From: Cyanophyceae cyanobacterium
Lineage (GTDB): Bacteria > Cyanobacteriota > Cyanobacteriia > Cyanobacteriales > JBHJGN01
Length of the DNA: 29,195 nucleotides
Reading direction: 5' to 3'
NCBI GenBank assembly: GCA_050331735.1
Contig: JBHJGN010000025.1
Span: forward strand, 1-29,195
Every line of letters begins with the position of its first letter. The first letter of the stretch is position 1. The notes under the pieces are model-generated. The model saw only the letters and a program-made list of their open reading frames with translations. It was not told where the DNA came from and made no database searches. This document shows, piece by piece, positions 8,885 to 18,411 of this stretch. The translations under genes were made by a program, and so were the position numbers.

Positions 8885-10626
8885 CGATCGAGGACACGAC
8901 GTTTTCGCTTCCAAACTCTGGAGCCGAGGAGAACGCCACCGATGCCAACGAGGACAGGACCAAAGCCCGCCTCTGGCACGGGCGTATAGTCAAATTCTTC
9001 TCCAGCAAGGGCTGGAGTGAGCGGTGGGGGCTGGCGGAACATCGTTTCCTGTTCAAAGGAGTAAGCCAGTCCCAGTAGGGTAGATTCGCTGTAGGGGCGA
9101 CCCGTGAACGAGAGGGTGAGGGGCAATCCCTGAGAGCCAAACCCGGCTGGAACCGTCACATCCGGCAGTCCTGTCGAGCTGGCGAACAACACCTGTCGAG
9201 CGGGAGGATTGCCCTGGGGATTAACAAAGGTGGGATCTTCAACGCCAAGTGCCGGACGAGCAAAGGTATCAATGGTGGGAAACAGAAACGAATCTAGCTC
9301 TAGGGAATCGAGAGTGTCGATTAAGGTATTGCGGAGAAAGGGAGCCGTCACTTCAGCCACTTCCTGATATTCCGCTTCCTCTGATTCTCCATCGGCGGCG
9401 GCAAATTCTAGAGTGCCGGTAATAATGGACGGAGTGTCAGAATTGGCAATTTCAGGAGATTCTAAAATCGCAATCAGCTCCTCTAGGGTCTTGGGATATT
9501 CGGGGTCTAGGGTCGCTAGGTACTCTTCCAAGTAAATTTCCTGCTCAACGGCGATCGCGGTTCCATAGACGCTACTGAGGGGTTCCAAAAAATCGTCCTC
9601 AAACGAGACGTCTACCACCTCAGCTCCCAGATTTTCCATCACCGCTATGGCGTTTTCGACCAAGCCCGTCACTTCAGGATCGACCCCGTTTTCTACGCCC
9701 AAATAGCTAGTCACCAATCCTAAGCGAGCCCCATCGAGGGCATCGGGTTCTAGAAACTGCGTGTAGTCGTCATAGAACTGATCTGGCTCAACAGGAGGAG
9801 CCGCGATGGGCGTTTGGATACCAGGATTCTCTGGGTCAAACTCTGCCATCGTGCCGAGAGCGATCGCCGCATCTTCGACGGAGCGAGCCATCGGACCAAT
9901 CATATCTCTAGACAACACGAAGGGAATAATCCCGTCAAGGCTAACTAATCCTCGGGTAGAGCGTACGCAGACGAGTCCTTGAAACGAGCAGGGGGTGCGA
10001 ATCGAGCCGCCGGTATCGCTACCGGTACCGAAGGTAGCAAAGTTAGCGGCGATCGCGGCGCCGGTACCGCCGCTCGACCCCCCTGACTGGCGAAGTAAAT
10101 TGTAGGGATTAAGGGTCTGTCCTCCCAAAGAACTGTAGCCGGAACCAGAGATGGCGAGTTCGTCCATCTCCGCTTTGCCAAAGATAATCGCTCCGGCATC
10201 GCGAAGCTCGTTGACCACAAAGGCATCATCAGGAGGAACAGAGCCAACGAGGGCATCTGAGCCACCAGTGGTGGGAATATCGAAGGTATCGTGGTTATCT
10301 TTCAGGAGCACGGGAATGCCGTGGAGCGGGCTTCGGGGTCCACTGGTCCGTCGCTCTATATCTAGGTCTCTGGCAATATCGAGGACATCAGGATTGGTGG
10401 TAATCACCGAGTTAATGGCGGGACCAACATCATCGTAGGCGTTAATTCGATTGAGATAGAGCTGCACTAACTGTTCTGCTGTTAACGCTCCCGCGTCAAA
10501 CGCCTCATTAATATCGCTAATCGTAGCATCCTGTAGCCGAAAGGCAGCAGCAACAGCAGTTTCTGCCGTCACAACCACTGAGGCGATCGCTACCGTTGTC
10601 CTCGCAATCGTTCTGAGCATAATCAT
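8881..10626 (-). CDS. Secreted amidase-signature family enzyme with C-terminal PEP-CTERM-like sorting signal
   Basis: Signal-peptide-like N-terminus from MIMLRTIARTTVAIASVVVTAETAVAA; PLHGIPVLLKDN (Lys), GGSSGG and GSDTGGSIRTP (Ser-cisSer-Lys triad); C-terminus PVPEAGFGPVLVGIGGVLLGSRVWKRKRR. Confidence 0.9.
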   Translation of the reverse strand: MIMLRTIARTTVAIASVVVTAETAVAAAFRLQDATISDINEAFDAGALTAEQLVQLYLNRINAYDDVGPAINSVITTNPDVLDIARDLDIERRTSGPRSPLHGIPVLLKDNHDTFDIPTTGGSDALVGSVPPDDAFVVNELRDAGAIIFGKAEMDELAISGSGYSSLGGQTLNPYNLLRQSGGSSGGTGAAIAANFATFGTGSDTGGSIRTPCSFQGLVCVRSTRGLVSLDGIIPFVLSRDMIGPMARSVEDAAIALGTMAEFDPENPGIQTPIAAPPVEPDQFYDDYTQFLEPDALDGARLGLVTSYLGVENGVDPEVTGLVENAIAVMENLGAEVVDVSFEDDFLEPLSSVYGTAIAVEQEIYLEEYLATLDPEYPKTLEELIAILESPEIANSDTPSIITGTLEFAAADGESEEAEYQEVAEVTAPFLRNTLIDTLDSLELDSFLFPTIDTFARPALGVEDPTFVNPQGNPPARQVLFASSTGLPDVTVPAGFGSQGLPLTLSFTGRPYSESTLLGLAYSFEQETMFRQPPPLTPALAGEEFDYTPVPEAGFGPVLVGIGGVLLGSRVWKRKRRVLDR

Positions 10627-10824
10627 TTTAGAAACCCAAGCGTCGTTGTTCCCCAACCTCAGCGAGCTGTCACTGATAGCCCTGCTTGACTGGGGATGAA
10701 AATCACTTGAGAGGTAGAATCCCAGTAATTTCCCCATAAAACCGTCCAGAATGAACACTCCTGGGGTTTCTCTCAGCGCAGCTAGTTGTTGAGTTGGTCT
10801 GAGAAGGGATATACAAAGAATCAA

Positions 10825-12654
10825 CTAAGCTTTTAAAAGCATGATTCTGAGCTGAGAAAGCTGAATCAGCCAGGGAAAGGAACGCTCTTTTAACTCTAGC
10901 CAGTTATCTTTAAATACTTCCGCTTGGAGATGATAATCTTCAGGATAGAGAGCGGGTTGGTGCAGCTTAAGATATAAAGTCATGCGGTGTTGGGTTTCGC
11001 TAATGGTTGCTAACCAACACGGGAACGTATTCACTCCGTCGGTTTCCGGAAAAATAAGCTGGTGGGCGCGAATCCCGACATACTCCAGAGATGGCGGAAT
11101 TGGTTCAATGACTGCTAACTGACAGTGCCAGTCGAGCGCTTTGATTTTGTGTTGAGCAACCGCAATGGCACGGGAGAAGTTTTTACAGCCCGTTAACTGT
11201 GCTGTTCTCCAGTTGGGAGGACGTTCAAAAATTTCTTGTTTAGAACCGTGAGCGATCGCTTTGCCGGCATCCACCACCAGCAATTGAGGACAGACGCGAT
11301 AGACTTCTTCTAGGTTATGAGTAATAAAGAGCGTCACCCCCTGATAGCGAATCAGGCTCATTCTGAGCAGCTTTTCCTGTTTATCTCGTAAATAGGTATC
11401 TAACGCTGAAAACGGCTCGTCGAGAAGCATCATTTCCGGATGGCTGGCCTTGGCTCTCGCGAGCGCCACTCGCTGCTGCTGCCCCCCGGAAAGTTCTCCC
11501 GGATAGCGGTTGCCCATGCCTTGGAGATCGACTGCCATGAGATGGGTTTCGACTTCCTGTCTGATGTCTCGACGGGATTTCTTGCGCACCCCAAAGGCAA
11601 TATTTTCCGCCACCGTCAGATGGGGAAACAGGGCATAGTTTTGAAACAAAAACCCGCAGGCGCGATCACGGGGAGGAAGATCAATGCCTCGGCGGGAATC
11701 GTACAGCACTCGTCCGTTGAGAATAATTTTCCCTCGATCTGGAGTGTCTAACCCGGCAATACAGCGCACGATGGTACTTTTTCCGGCCCCCGATGCCCCG
11801 AGTAAACCCAGGGGGGTTTGGTCAGTGGTGAAGGAAACATCTAAGCGAAAATCCGCTAATTGTTTTTGAATATCAACGATTAATTGAATCGTGGCTGGTG
11901 GCAGATAGTCTGGGTGTTGCAAACGGTTTCGACTAATGGCGCGATTTGCTAATCGGGCAGTCGGAAGGGTCCATGAGTGGCGACGAGGTTTTGGGGAGAG
12001 TTTCCGGTGGTTATCTCCATAATTAACCGCCGTAATCACCCCTAAAGAGATCGCCAGCATGATCGCGACCAGCATCCAAGCCCGATTCATTGAACCGCCT
12101 TCGGCAGCTAAAAAAATAGCGATGGGAATGGTTTCGGTTTTGCCAGGAATGGCCCCTGCTAACATTAACGTGGCGCCAAACTCTCCCAAGGCCCGAGCAA
12201 AAGCGAGTAAAGCACCAGCAATCAGTCCTGGTTGCGCGAGAGGAAACATAATCCGCCAGAAAACTATCCATTCTGAAGCGCCCAGGGTTCTGGCACAGGC
12301 CAGCAGATTCGCATCAATTTGTTGAAATGCCCCCAATGCCGTTCTGTACATGAGGGGAAAAGCCACCACTGTTGAGGCGATTACGGTGGCGTACCACGAG
12401 AAAATTACTCTAATGCCAACAGAATCTAAGAGTTGACCAATGGCCCCGTTTTTTCCAAACAGCAACAGCAGCAGAAAACCAACAACCGTTGGGGGCAGAA
12501 CTAAGGGGGCCGTCAATACCCCTTCGATGATTCCCTGTCCTTGGCCCCGATACCCCAGCATCCACCGCGCCGCCATGACTCCGAGGAAAAAGGTAATGAC
12601 CGTGGCAGTGGTGGCGGTTTTAAGGGAGATCCAGATAGGGGTGAGGTCGGTCAT
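10825..12654 (-). CDS. modB: Fused molybdate ABC transporter permease and ATPase ModBC
   Basis: N-half PLVLPPTVVGF, ARTLGAS, FARALGEFGAT (ModB); C-half GASGAGKS, FQNYALFPH, LSGGQQQRVALARA, LLDEPFSALD (ModC). Confidence 0.95.
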   Translation of the reverse strand: MTDLTPIWISLKTATTATVITFFLGVMAARWMLGYRGQGQGIIEGVLTAPLVLPPTVVGFLLLLLFGKNGAIGQLLDSVGIRVIFSWYATVIASTVVAFPLMYRTALGAFQQIDANLLACARTLGASEWIVFWRIMFPLAQPGLIAGALLAFARALGEFGATLMLAGAIPGKTETIPIAIFLAAEGGSMNRAWMLVAIMLAISLGVITAVNYGDNHRKLSPKPRRHSWTLPTARLANRAISRNRLQHPDYLPPATIQLIVDIQKQLADFRLDVSFTTDQTPLGLLGASGAGKSTIVRCIAGLDTPDRGKIILNGRVLYDSRRGIDLPPRDRACGFLFQNYALFPHLTVAENIAFGVRKKSRRDIRQEVETHLMAVDLQGMGNRYPGELSGGQQQRVALARAKASHPEMMLLDEPFSALDTYLRDKQEKLLRMSLIRYQGVTLFITHNLEEVYRVCPQLLVVDAGKAIAHGSKQEIFERPPNWRTAQLTGCKNFSRAIAVAQHKIKALDWHCQLAVIEPIPPSLEYVGIRAHQLIFPETDGVNTFPCWLATISETQHRMTLYLKLHQPALYPEDYHLQAEVFKDNWLELKERSFPWLIQLSQLRIMLLKA

Positions 12655-12707
12655 TGCTCATGGTTGATTGTTCATTAATGACGAAACGATTGACATAGAG
12701 AACAGAT

Positions 12708-13346
12708 TTAGGGTTTTTGCGCCACGATGTGAAAGATGTGCCAGTACCGCTCTTCTCCTAAAGGGGTTTGACCGGGGTGTTCTTCTTCCTCAAAGAGTTC
12801 GAGGGTGTAGGGTTTAAGTAAGTTTTCTACCTGTTGCCGAGTAAAGCAATTTATTAATTGGCGATCGCACCAGGAATCGCGATCACCAAATAAGTGTCCG
12901 CAAAATCTGCCCCCACTTCTTAAAGCCTCGAAAATTTGCTGCCACACCCTTGAAAAGGCTGCTGACGCACAAAAGGGTAGGGAAAAACTGGCATTAATTA
13001 AATCAACGGGTTGAGGCAGCTTTAACTCTTCAAAACTAGCAATTTGGGTGGATAACTGGTCGGTATTCGGAAGCGGACGAGCGAGTAATTGAGCGATTAC
13101 GCGATCGCGTAGCCTACGGATCGCCTCTGGTTCTCGGTCGATTGCCAGTACTGACCAATTTTGCCGGAGGATTTCGACTGTATCTCTCCCGTTGCCGCAC
13201 CCGAGATCGATCGCCACTCCTGGTTTTTCAAAAGCAGCCAGGGCGGTCAAAATTGTTTTTCTAGGGGGACGATTAGCGACAGTATTGTAATACGCATTCC
13301 ATCTTTTCTGGGAGAAAGGGGGGATTGCTGATTGTTGATTGGTCAC
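12708..13346 (-). CDS. Class I SAM-dependent methyltransferase (TehB-like)
   Basis: AIDLGCGNGRD motif I, VLAIDREPEAI, DLINASFSLPF, LRSGGRFCG; GTG start overlaps the modA stop (GTGA). Confidence 0.85.
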   Translation of the reverse strand: MTNQQSAIPPFSQKRWNAYYNTVANRPPRKTILTALAAFEKPGVAIDLGCGNGRDTVEILRQNWSVLAIDREPEAIRRLRDRVIAQLLARPLPNTDQLSTQIASFEELKLPQPVDLINASFSLPFCASAAFSRVWQQIFEALRSGGRFCGHLFGDRDSWCDRQLINCFTRQQVENLLKPYTLELFEEEEHPGQTPLGEERYWHIFHIVAQKP

Positions 13347-14185
13347 GGGTTATTGTTGATTGTTGATTGGTCACTGGTCACGGCCACAAACCCATGTTCT
13401 TCAAACACAGCTTGCGCTGCGGGAGTTGCTAAAAACTCAACAAGTTCGGTGGCGGCTTCTGGGTTGTCGCTATCTTGAATCACAGCGATGGGATAAATGA
13501 CGGGGGAGTGGGTGTTTTCAGGGGCAGTCGCAACGATTTCGACTGCGCTGCCTTGGGCGTCGGTTCTATAGACAATTCCGGCATCAGCGTTGGCTGTAGC
13601 GACGTAGTTGAGCACCTGGCGAACATCTGTTCCATAAACAGCTTTAGAGTTGACTGCATCAGCAATGTTATAGGAGGTTAATACTTCCTGAGCGTATTTA
13701 CCAGCCGGAACGCTTTCTGGTTCTCCAAGGGCGATGGTTGTTAGTTCTTTAGTCGTCAAATCGGCAAAATCGTCGTTTAGACTACTTTTATTCCCCGGAG
13801 GAACAATTAAAACCATCTGATTTTGTAATAGATCGCGGCGAGTTTCGCTTAGTAATAGACCCCGATCTTCAAGAGAATCCATCTGCTGAGGAGCAGCCGA
13901 AATAAACACGTCTACAGGTGCGCCCTGTTCAATCTGACGCTGCAAAGAACCAGAGGAAGCAAAATTGTAGATAATTTCTGTTTCAGGATATGCTTTTTGA
14001 TAAAGAGGCTTAATGCCCTCCATTGCTTCCTGCAAACTCGCTGCGGCTGAAACAGTGAGTTGAGTTGAGGGAGTCGCTTGACTCGGATGATCTAGTTGAA
14101 CAGGACCGAGACTACTGCATCCTCCTACTAGCAGCGATGACACAATTCCCACGCCTAAAAAGCTAATTGTTGAGCTGCTTCTCAT
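13343..14185 (-). CDS. modA: Molybdate ABC transporter substrate-binding lipoprotein ModA
   Basis: Lipobox LLVGGC; VSAAASL, NFASSGSLQRQIEQGAPVDVFISA, PESVPAGKYA, ADAGIVYRTD. Confidence 0.95.
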   Translation of the reverse strand: MRSSSTISFLGVGIVSSLLVGGCSSLGPVQLDHPSQATPSTQLTVSAAASLQEAMEGIKPLYQKAYPETEIIYNFASSGSLQRQIEQGAPVDVFISAAPQQMDSLEDRGLLLSETRRDLLQNQMVLIVPPGNKSSLNDDFADLTTKELTTIALGEPESVPAGKYAQEVLTSYNIADAVNSKAVYGTDVRQVLNYVATANADAGIVYRTDAQGSAVEIVATAPENTHSPVIYPIAVIQDSDNPEAATELVEFLATPAAQAVFEEHGFVAVTSDQSTINNNP

Positions 14186-14262
14186 CGGATTTTTACTCCA
14201 ATTCTCAGTAATCTTGAATCGCTTTAGCATATAATTATTTTATTCAAAATGAGGAACCTTTT

Positions 14263-14472
14263 ATGAAGCTAAGTAATCGCAACACTCTTAAAGGAACAAT
14301 CAAAAAAGTCGATTTGGGGGCAGTTAATGCTGAGATAACTTTAGAGGTAGCTCCTGGCGTAGACGTTGTTTCTATTATCACTAAATCTTCAGCAGAAAGA
14401 CTGGGGATAGCAGAAGGGAGCGAAGCCTATGCAGTCATTAAAGCGTCGGATGTAGCCATTGCTGTTGATTAG
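14263..14472 (+). CDS. mop: Molybdate-binding/storage protein Mop (molbindin, TOBE domain)
   Basis: MKLSNRNTLKGTI...SIITKSSAERLGI..G...YAVIKASDV, 69 aa; GAGG RBS; divergent from modA. Confidence 0.92.
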   Translation: MKLSNRNTLKGTIKKVDLGAVNAEITLEVAPGVDVVSIITKSSAERLGIAEGSEAYAVIKASDVAIAVD

Positions 14473-14526
14473 TGGTCGATCAATTGCCCTTTATTCCTTT
14501 TTTTACTCATAAAAAAGGAATAATGA

Positions 14527-14781
14527 CTATATTTTTGTGACTCTTACCTTAATAGAGCTGGCAATTTCTCGATCGATGGCTACCCGTGTTCGACCGACTT
14601 TAATCACAAAGGCAGGAAACTTTTGTTCTAGGGTAATGGGCATTCCGGTGTAGATGCCCATTGCCGAGAGTTTTCTGACAACTTGTTCGTCGTTATTTTT
14701 AATTCGGGTAATGACTCCTTGGGTTTTAGTTTCTAGTAGAGTTAATGGAGAATAGTTGACAGAAAAACCTTGACTAAGCAT
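14527..14781 (-). CDS. feoA: Ferrous iron transport protein FeoA
   Basis: RKLSAMGIYTGMPITLEQKFPAFVIKVGRTRVAIDREIA, FeoA pattern; directly after feoB. Confidence 0.9.
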   Translation of the reverse strand: MLSQGFSVNYSPLTLLETKTQGVITRIKNNDEQVVRKLSAMGIYTGMPITLEQKFPAFVIKVGRTRVAIDREIASSIKVRVTKI

Positions 14782-14782
14782 T

Positions 14783-16216
14783 TTAGTAAACCTCCGCCAT
14801 TGTTAATACTTGATTGAGAACATAGCCTAGGGAAAAGGCAAATAAAACCACAAAGCTGGCGATCGCCACTGTGGTTTTGACTCCTCGCTCTTTAAGCATA
14901 AATTGCAGTTGGGCAACGCAGGGAATAAACAGAGTCAGGGTAACGGCGGCAACGACTAATTGTTGACCGGTTAAAATCCCCGAAGCATGCAGGTCGAACA
15001 TGCCGGCTGCCCCGTAGTCGCGGCGGAAAAATCCGTAGAGAAAGGTGGGGGCGGCTTCGGTGGGTAATCCTAACCACCGCATCACCGGTTCTAATCCGCG
15101 AACGAGGATATCAAATAATCCGGTGAGTTTCCCTACCCAAATTAGGACGGAGGCAAAGATAAACAGAGGCAAAATTTCACCAAAGTACCATTTGAGGCGC
15201 ACGAAGGTTTTAGTGAGGATGGCTTGGAGACGGGGTAGCCTTAAGGGAGGAATCTCCATGTAGAAGCACGAGGCTTGTCCTGGGATCGCTTTTCCGGCGA
15301 CAAACCCAATGCCCAAAAAGATGGCTACCATGACACCTGCCCAGATGAGTAAGGCGGTAGGTTCTTGAGAGAGTAAGCCCAGAATAACTCCTAACTGGGC
15401 TGAACAGGGAATGGTCAAGGCTAACAGTAACGTAGCAATAATTCGTTCTCGTCGGCTTTCTAAGGTGCGGGTGACTAACGTTGCCATCGTCCCGCAGCCT
15501 AGCCCGAGAATCAGCGGGATAATCGATCGCCCGGAAAGTCCGATGGTCTTAAACAGGCGATCGACAAGTAAAGAGAGACGGGGGAGATAGCCGCTATCTT
15601 CTAGCAGGGAAAACATTAAAAAGAAAGTTGTAACGATGGGGAGAACGATCGCCACGGCGTAGCGAATGCCCAAGGTAATGATGCCGTACTCATTAGCCAA
15701 GAGATTGTGAATTACCGGCCAGGGGAACAGTGCTGCCACTACCGTATTCACAACGGGGTTAATATGAGATTCAAAAAACCCTTCAAGGCCATCGACTAAC
15801 GTCCCCCCACCGAATACTCCCACAAACTGATAAACCCCGAAGTAAAGGATGAAACCGAGAATGGGAATGCCGGTTACGGGATGAACGGTCAACTGATGCA
15901 GCCACTCGCGACCAGTCCGCTGCTGCTGAGGCTGAACGGTCACATCCTGTTCGATGGACATGGCTAGCTGATGACGAGATTGGGCGATCGCCAACGCCAA
16001 GGATTCTGAAAAATACGCCTGGGTTTCGGTAACGATGCGCTCGATTTCTGGGAAATAGGGTTCTTGCTGTAGCTGCGATCGCGTTCTTGGGTCTCGCTGT
16101 AGCAGTAATAGCGCCATGCTGCGCGGCGCTATCGGGTCAGGGTGATTGCTTACGTAAGATTCGATGCGGCTAATAGCCGCTTCAATAGGCGATGGATAAG
16201 GAACTTGACTGGACAT
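14783..16216 (-). CDS. feoB: FeoB membrane (permease) portion
   Basis: LLEDSGYLPRL, GLSGRSIIPLILGLGC, IPCSAQLG, FYMEIPPLRLP, LFIPCVA; lacks the GTPase domain. Confidence 0.92.
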   Translation of the reverse strand: MSSQVPYPSPIEAAISRIESYVSNHPDPIAPRSMALLLLQRDPRTRSQLQQEPYFPEIERIVTETQAYFSESLALAIAQSRHQLAMSIEQDVTVQPQQQRTGREWLHQLTVHPVTGIPILGFILYFGVYQFVGVFGGGTLVDGLEGFFESHINPVVNTVVAALFPWPVIHNLLANEYGIITLGIRYAVAIVLPIVTTFFLMFSLLEDSGYLPRLSLLVDRLFKTIGLSGRSIIPLILGLGCGTMATLVTRTLESRRERIIATLLLALTIPCSAQLGVILGLLSQEPTALLIWAGVMVAIFLGIGFVAGKAIPGQASCFYMEIPPLRLPRLQAILTKTFVRLKWYFGEILPLFIFASVLIWVGKLTGLFDILVRGLEPVMRWLGLPTEAAPTFLYGFFRRDYGAAGMFDLHASGILTGQQLVVAAVTLTLFIPCVAQLQFMLKERGVKTTVAIASFVVLFAFSLGYVLNQVLTMAEVY

Positions 16217-16802
16217 AATCAGCTACCTTGGCGGTTAATTTTTTCAGTCCTACTTTTTGCGCGGCTGCCATCGTGACGACAGGAATCCCTAGCCTGTAGG
16301 CTAACTTGTTTTCATCGACCCAAATGCCCAATTGCTGTGCTTCGTCGATCATATTAACGACCAGCAAAACAGGAAGTTGAGCTTCCATCAATTGCAGAGT
16401 CAGGTTGAGCATTCTGCCAAGATGTTTAGCATCGACAACGTGAATGACTAAATCTATTTTCTGGTTCGTCATCAAATCTCTGGCAACGTGCTCTTCTTCT
16501 GTAATGGGAATTAAAGAATACATCCCCGGCGTATCGAAAATAGTGACATTTTCTCCAGCAACGACGGCCTGACCTCGAGCCACCTCTACGGTGGTTCCAG
16601 GGTAGTTAGAAACCGTGACGTAAGTTCCTGTTAGCAGGTTGAATAAAAGACTTTTACCAACATTCGGCGAACCGACCAAGGCAATATTTGTTTGCTCGCT
16701 AGAAAGACGATGTTTCGACGGCTTTCTAAAGCGACTAAATAAATTCCAGCCTTGATTACGTCGCTTAGGATGACAGCTTTGATGACAATCGTGACAGTCC
16801 AT
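16182..16802 (-). CDS. feoB: FeoB N-terminal GTPase portion, separate ORF, with Cys/His-rich leader
   Basis: G1 GSPNVGKS, G2 VSNYPGTTV, G3 DTPGMYSL, G4 NMID; likely start ATG 16802 (MDCHDCHQSCH) with AGAGG RBS. Confidence 0.9.
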   Translation of the reverse strand: MDCHDCHQSCHPKRRNQGWNLFSRFRKPSKHRLSSEQTNIALVGSPNVGKSLLFNLLTGTYVTVSNYPGTTVEVARGQAVVAGENVTIFDTPGMYSLIPITEEEHVARDLMTNQKIDLVIHVVDAKHLGRMLNLTLQLMEAQLPVLLVVNMIDEAQQLGIWVDENKLAYRLGIPVVTMAAAQKVGLKKLTAKVADYVQSSSLSIAY

Positions 16803-17003
16803 TTTTTTTCCTCTAGCTGTTTTCAAAATAACAAAAGCTATTTTAAAAAACAGTAAAACTAATCACAAAGTAATTTATTGACAAAGTGATTGATATTGAT
16901 ATACGCCAAATCTGATATTTATAAAAAAGCCGTTTCGCTACAGCAGTACAGCAGTAACTGCTTTAATAAACTAGAGTTATATATCCTAGTTTTTCGTTAA
17001 TGA

Positions 17004-17198
17004 TTAATGTTTTTCTCTGCACAGTTTTTGGCATATTTCGCTTGCTTGATAAACAGCATACAGGCTCTTTTTGTCAAGTTGAAGTTGTAAATTGTTGCCT
17101 TTCAATAAAACAACGGCAAGATGACGCATTAGAAATTGCCCAGTCGAAAAATAAAAAGCTCTATTTTCTTGTGGTAAAAAATGGCTGCTCGGCGACAC
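17004..17198 (-). CDS. Possible small hypothetical protein
   Basis: 64-aa ORF starting 3 nt after the upstream ORF's stop; no recognisable motif. Confidence 0.3.
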   Translation of the reverse strand: MSPSSHFLPQENRAFYFSTGQFLMRHLAVVLLKGNNLQLQLDKKSLYAVYQASEICQKLCREKH

Positions 17199-17201
17199 TA
17201 A

Positions 17202-17480
17202 CTATTCAAAGCTTTCATGAGTAGGAAATAGTTTGTGAACGACAATCAAAAACAGAATGCTCAGCATTCCCTTAATAAGAGGCGGCGTTAAAATCAAAAA
17301 GCAAATCACGGCAAGCAAGCCAGACAAAATAGCGACAAGCTGATGAATTTCATCTTGCTCGTGAATGCTGAGAAGAATGGTTCCCATTCCTACTGATAAA
17401 ACTAATAAACTAGCTAACACTTTGACATCTCCTAATATTTCCGGTTTTAAGAATTGGCTATCCAGGATAGCTCTAGCCAA
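17202..17480 (-). CDS. Small hypothetical membrane protein (about 3 TM)
   Basis: Three hydrophobic segments; co-oriented with the nif operon; start uncertain. Confidence 0.65.
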   Translation of the reverse strand: MARAILDSQFLKPEILGDVKVLASLLVLSVGMGTILLSIHEQDEIHQLVAILSGLLAVICFLILTPPLIKGMLSILFLIVVHKLFPTHESFE

Positions 17481-17785
17481 AAGCGAAAATCTTGCTGCTT
17501 TATTTTTGAGAGCGGATCTCTTACTAAATGATTAGCATTCAAAAAAACAACTTCTACCAACCCCATGTTTTCGGCAATGCCTTTAAAAATGTCTTGCTGC
17601 TCTAGAAGGCGATCACCGATTTTATTGGGATAGTAAATTCCCAAGTAATAATGATTTCTATGGAGACTTTCGGCACGAAAACCAATAACTTTTACCAGGC
17701 AGTGACGAAGCAAATGTCCGGCTATCGGATGATAGTTATTGACAATGCTGACGTACTCTTTAACTAACTGATCTCGGCTAATCAT
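17447..17785 (-). CDS. Hypothetical protein in nif cluster
   Basis: 112-aa ATG ORF between fdxH and feoB with plausible globular composition. Confidence 0.7.
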   Translation of the reverse strand: MISRDQLVKEYVSIVNNYHPIAGHLLRHCLVKVIGFRAESLHRNHYYLGIYYPNKIGDRLLEQQDIFKGIAENMGLVEVVFLNANHLVRDPLSKIKQQDFRFWLELSWIANS

Positions 17786-18013
17786 CAGTCTAATATCCGA
17801 TTTGTTAAGTAGAGCCGCGAATGATTGATTGGGAAAAGGGGAAGGGGGAAAGGGTAAAGAAGAATATTAGCCCTTTCCCTTCAAAATTTTCCTCGACCTT
17901 TCACTTTTAACTTGTGTAGGATCTAAAGCAAGACATCAGTCGCTAGTCACTGGCTTAACATCTCCACGGAAGAAGAACACAGGCTCAAGGACAAGCGACC
18001 AATTACAGTTCAT

Positions 18014-18337
<324 letters not shown>

Positions 18338-18411
18338 TTAGTGGTTAAAGTTGATTGTTGATTGCTCATTGACGCGAAGAAGGACGAATGACTAATGACG
18401 CACCGCAGGTG

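Noticed and set aside
10627..10824. 66-codon N-terminal extension of the amidase ORF, and a possible riboswitch in this leader
   Set aside because: The extension has no protein-like features and precedes a good signal peptide starting at 10626. Some pairing is possible (TTCTCAG/CTGAGAGAA), but I could not match guanidine, glnA or Moco riboswitch consensus by eye; an Rfam/Infernal scan would decide.
14186..14262. ModE operator between modA and mop
   Set aside because: Only a partial ATCG...TATA resemblance; no convincing palindrome and no modE in the window.
17830..17905. G/A-rich run GGGAAAAGGGGAAGGGGGAAAGGG with partial complement, also at about 27037-27063, as a G-quadruplex or mobile element end
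   Set aside because: Better explained as another heptamer repeat family forming a weak hairpin; no transposase or target duplication nearby.
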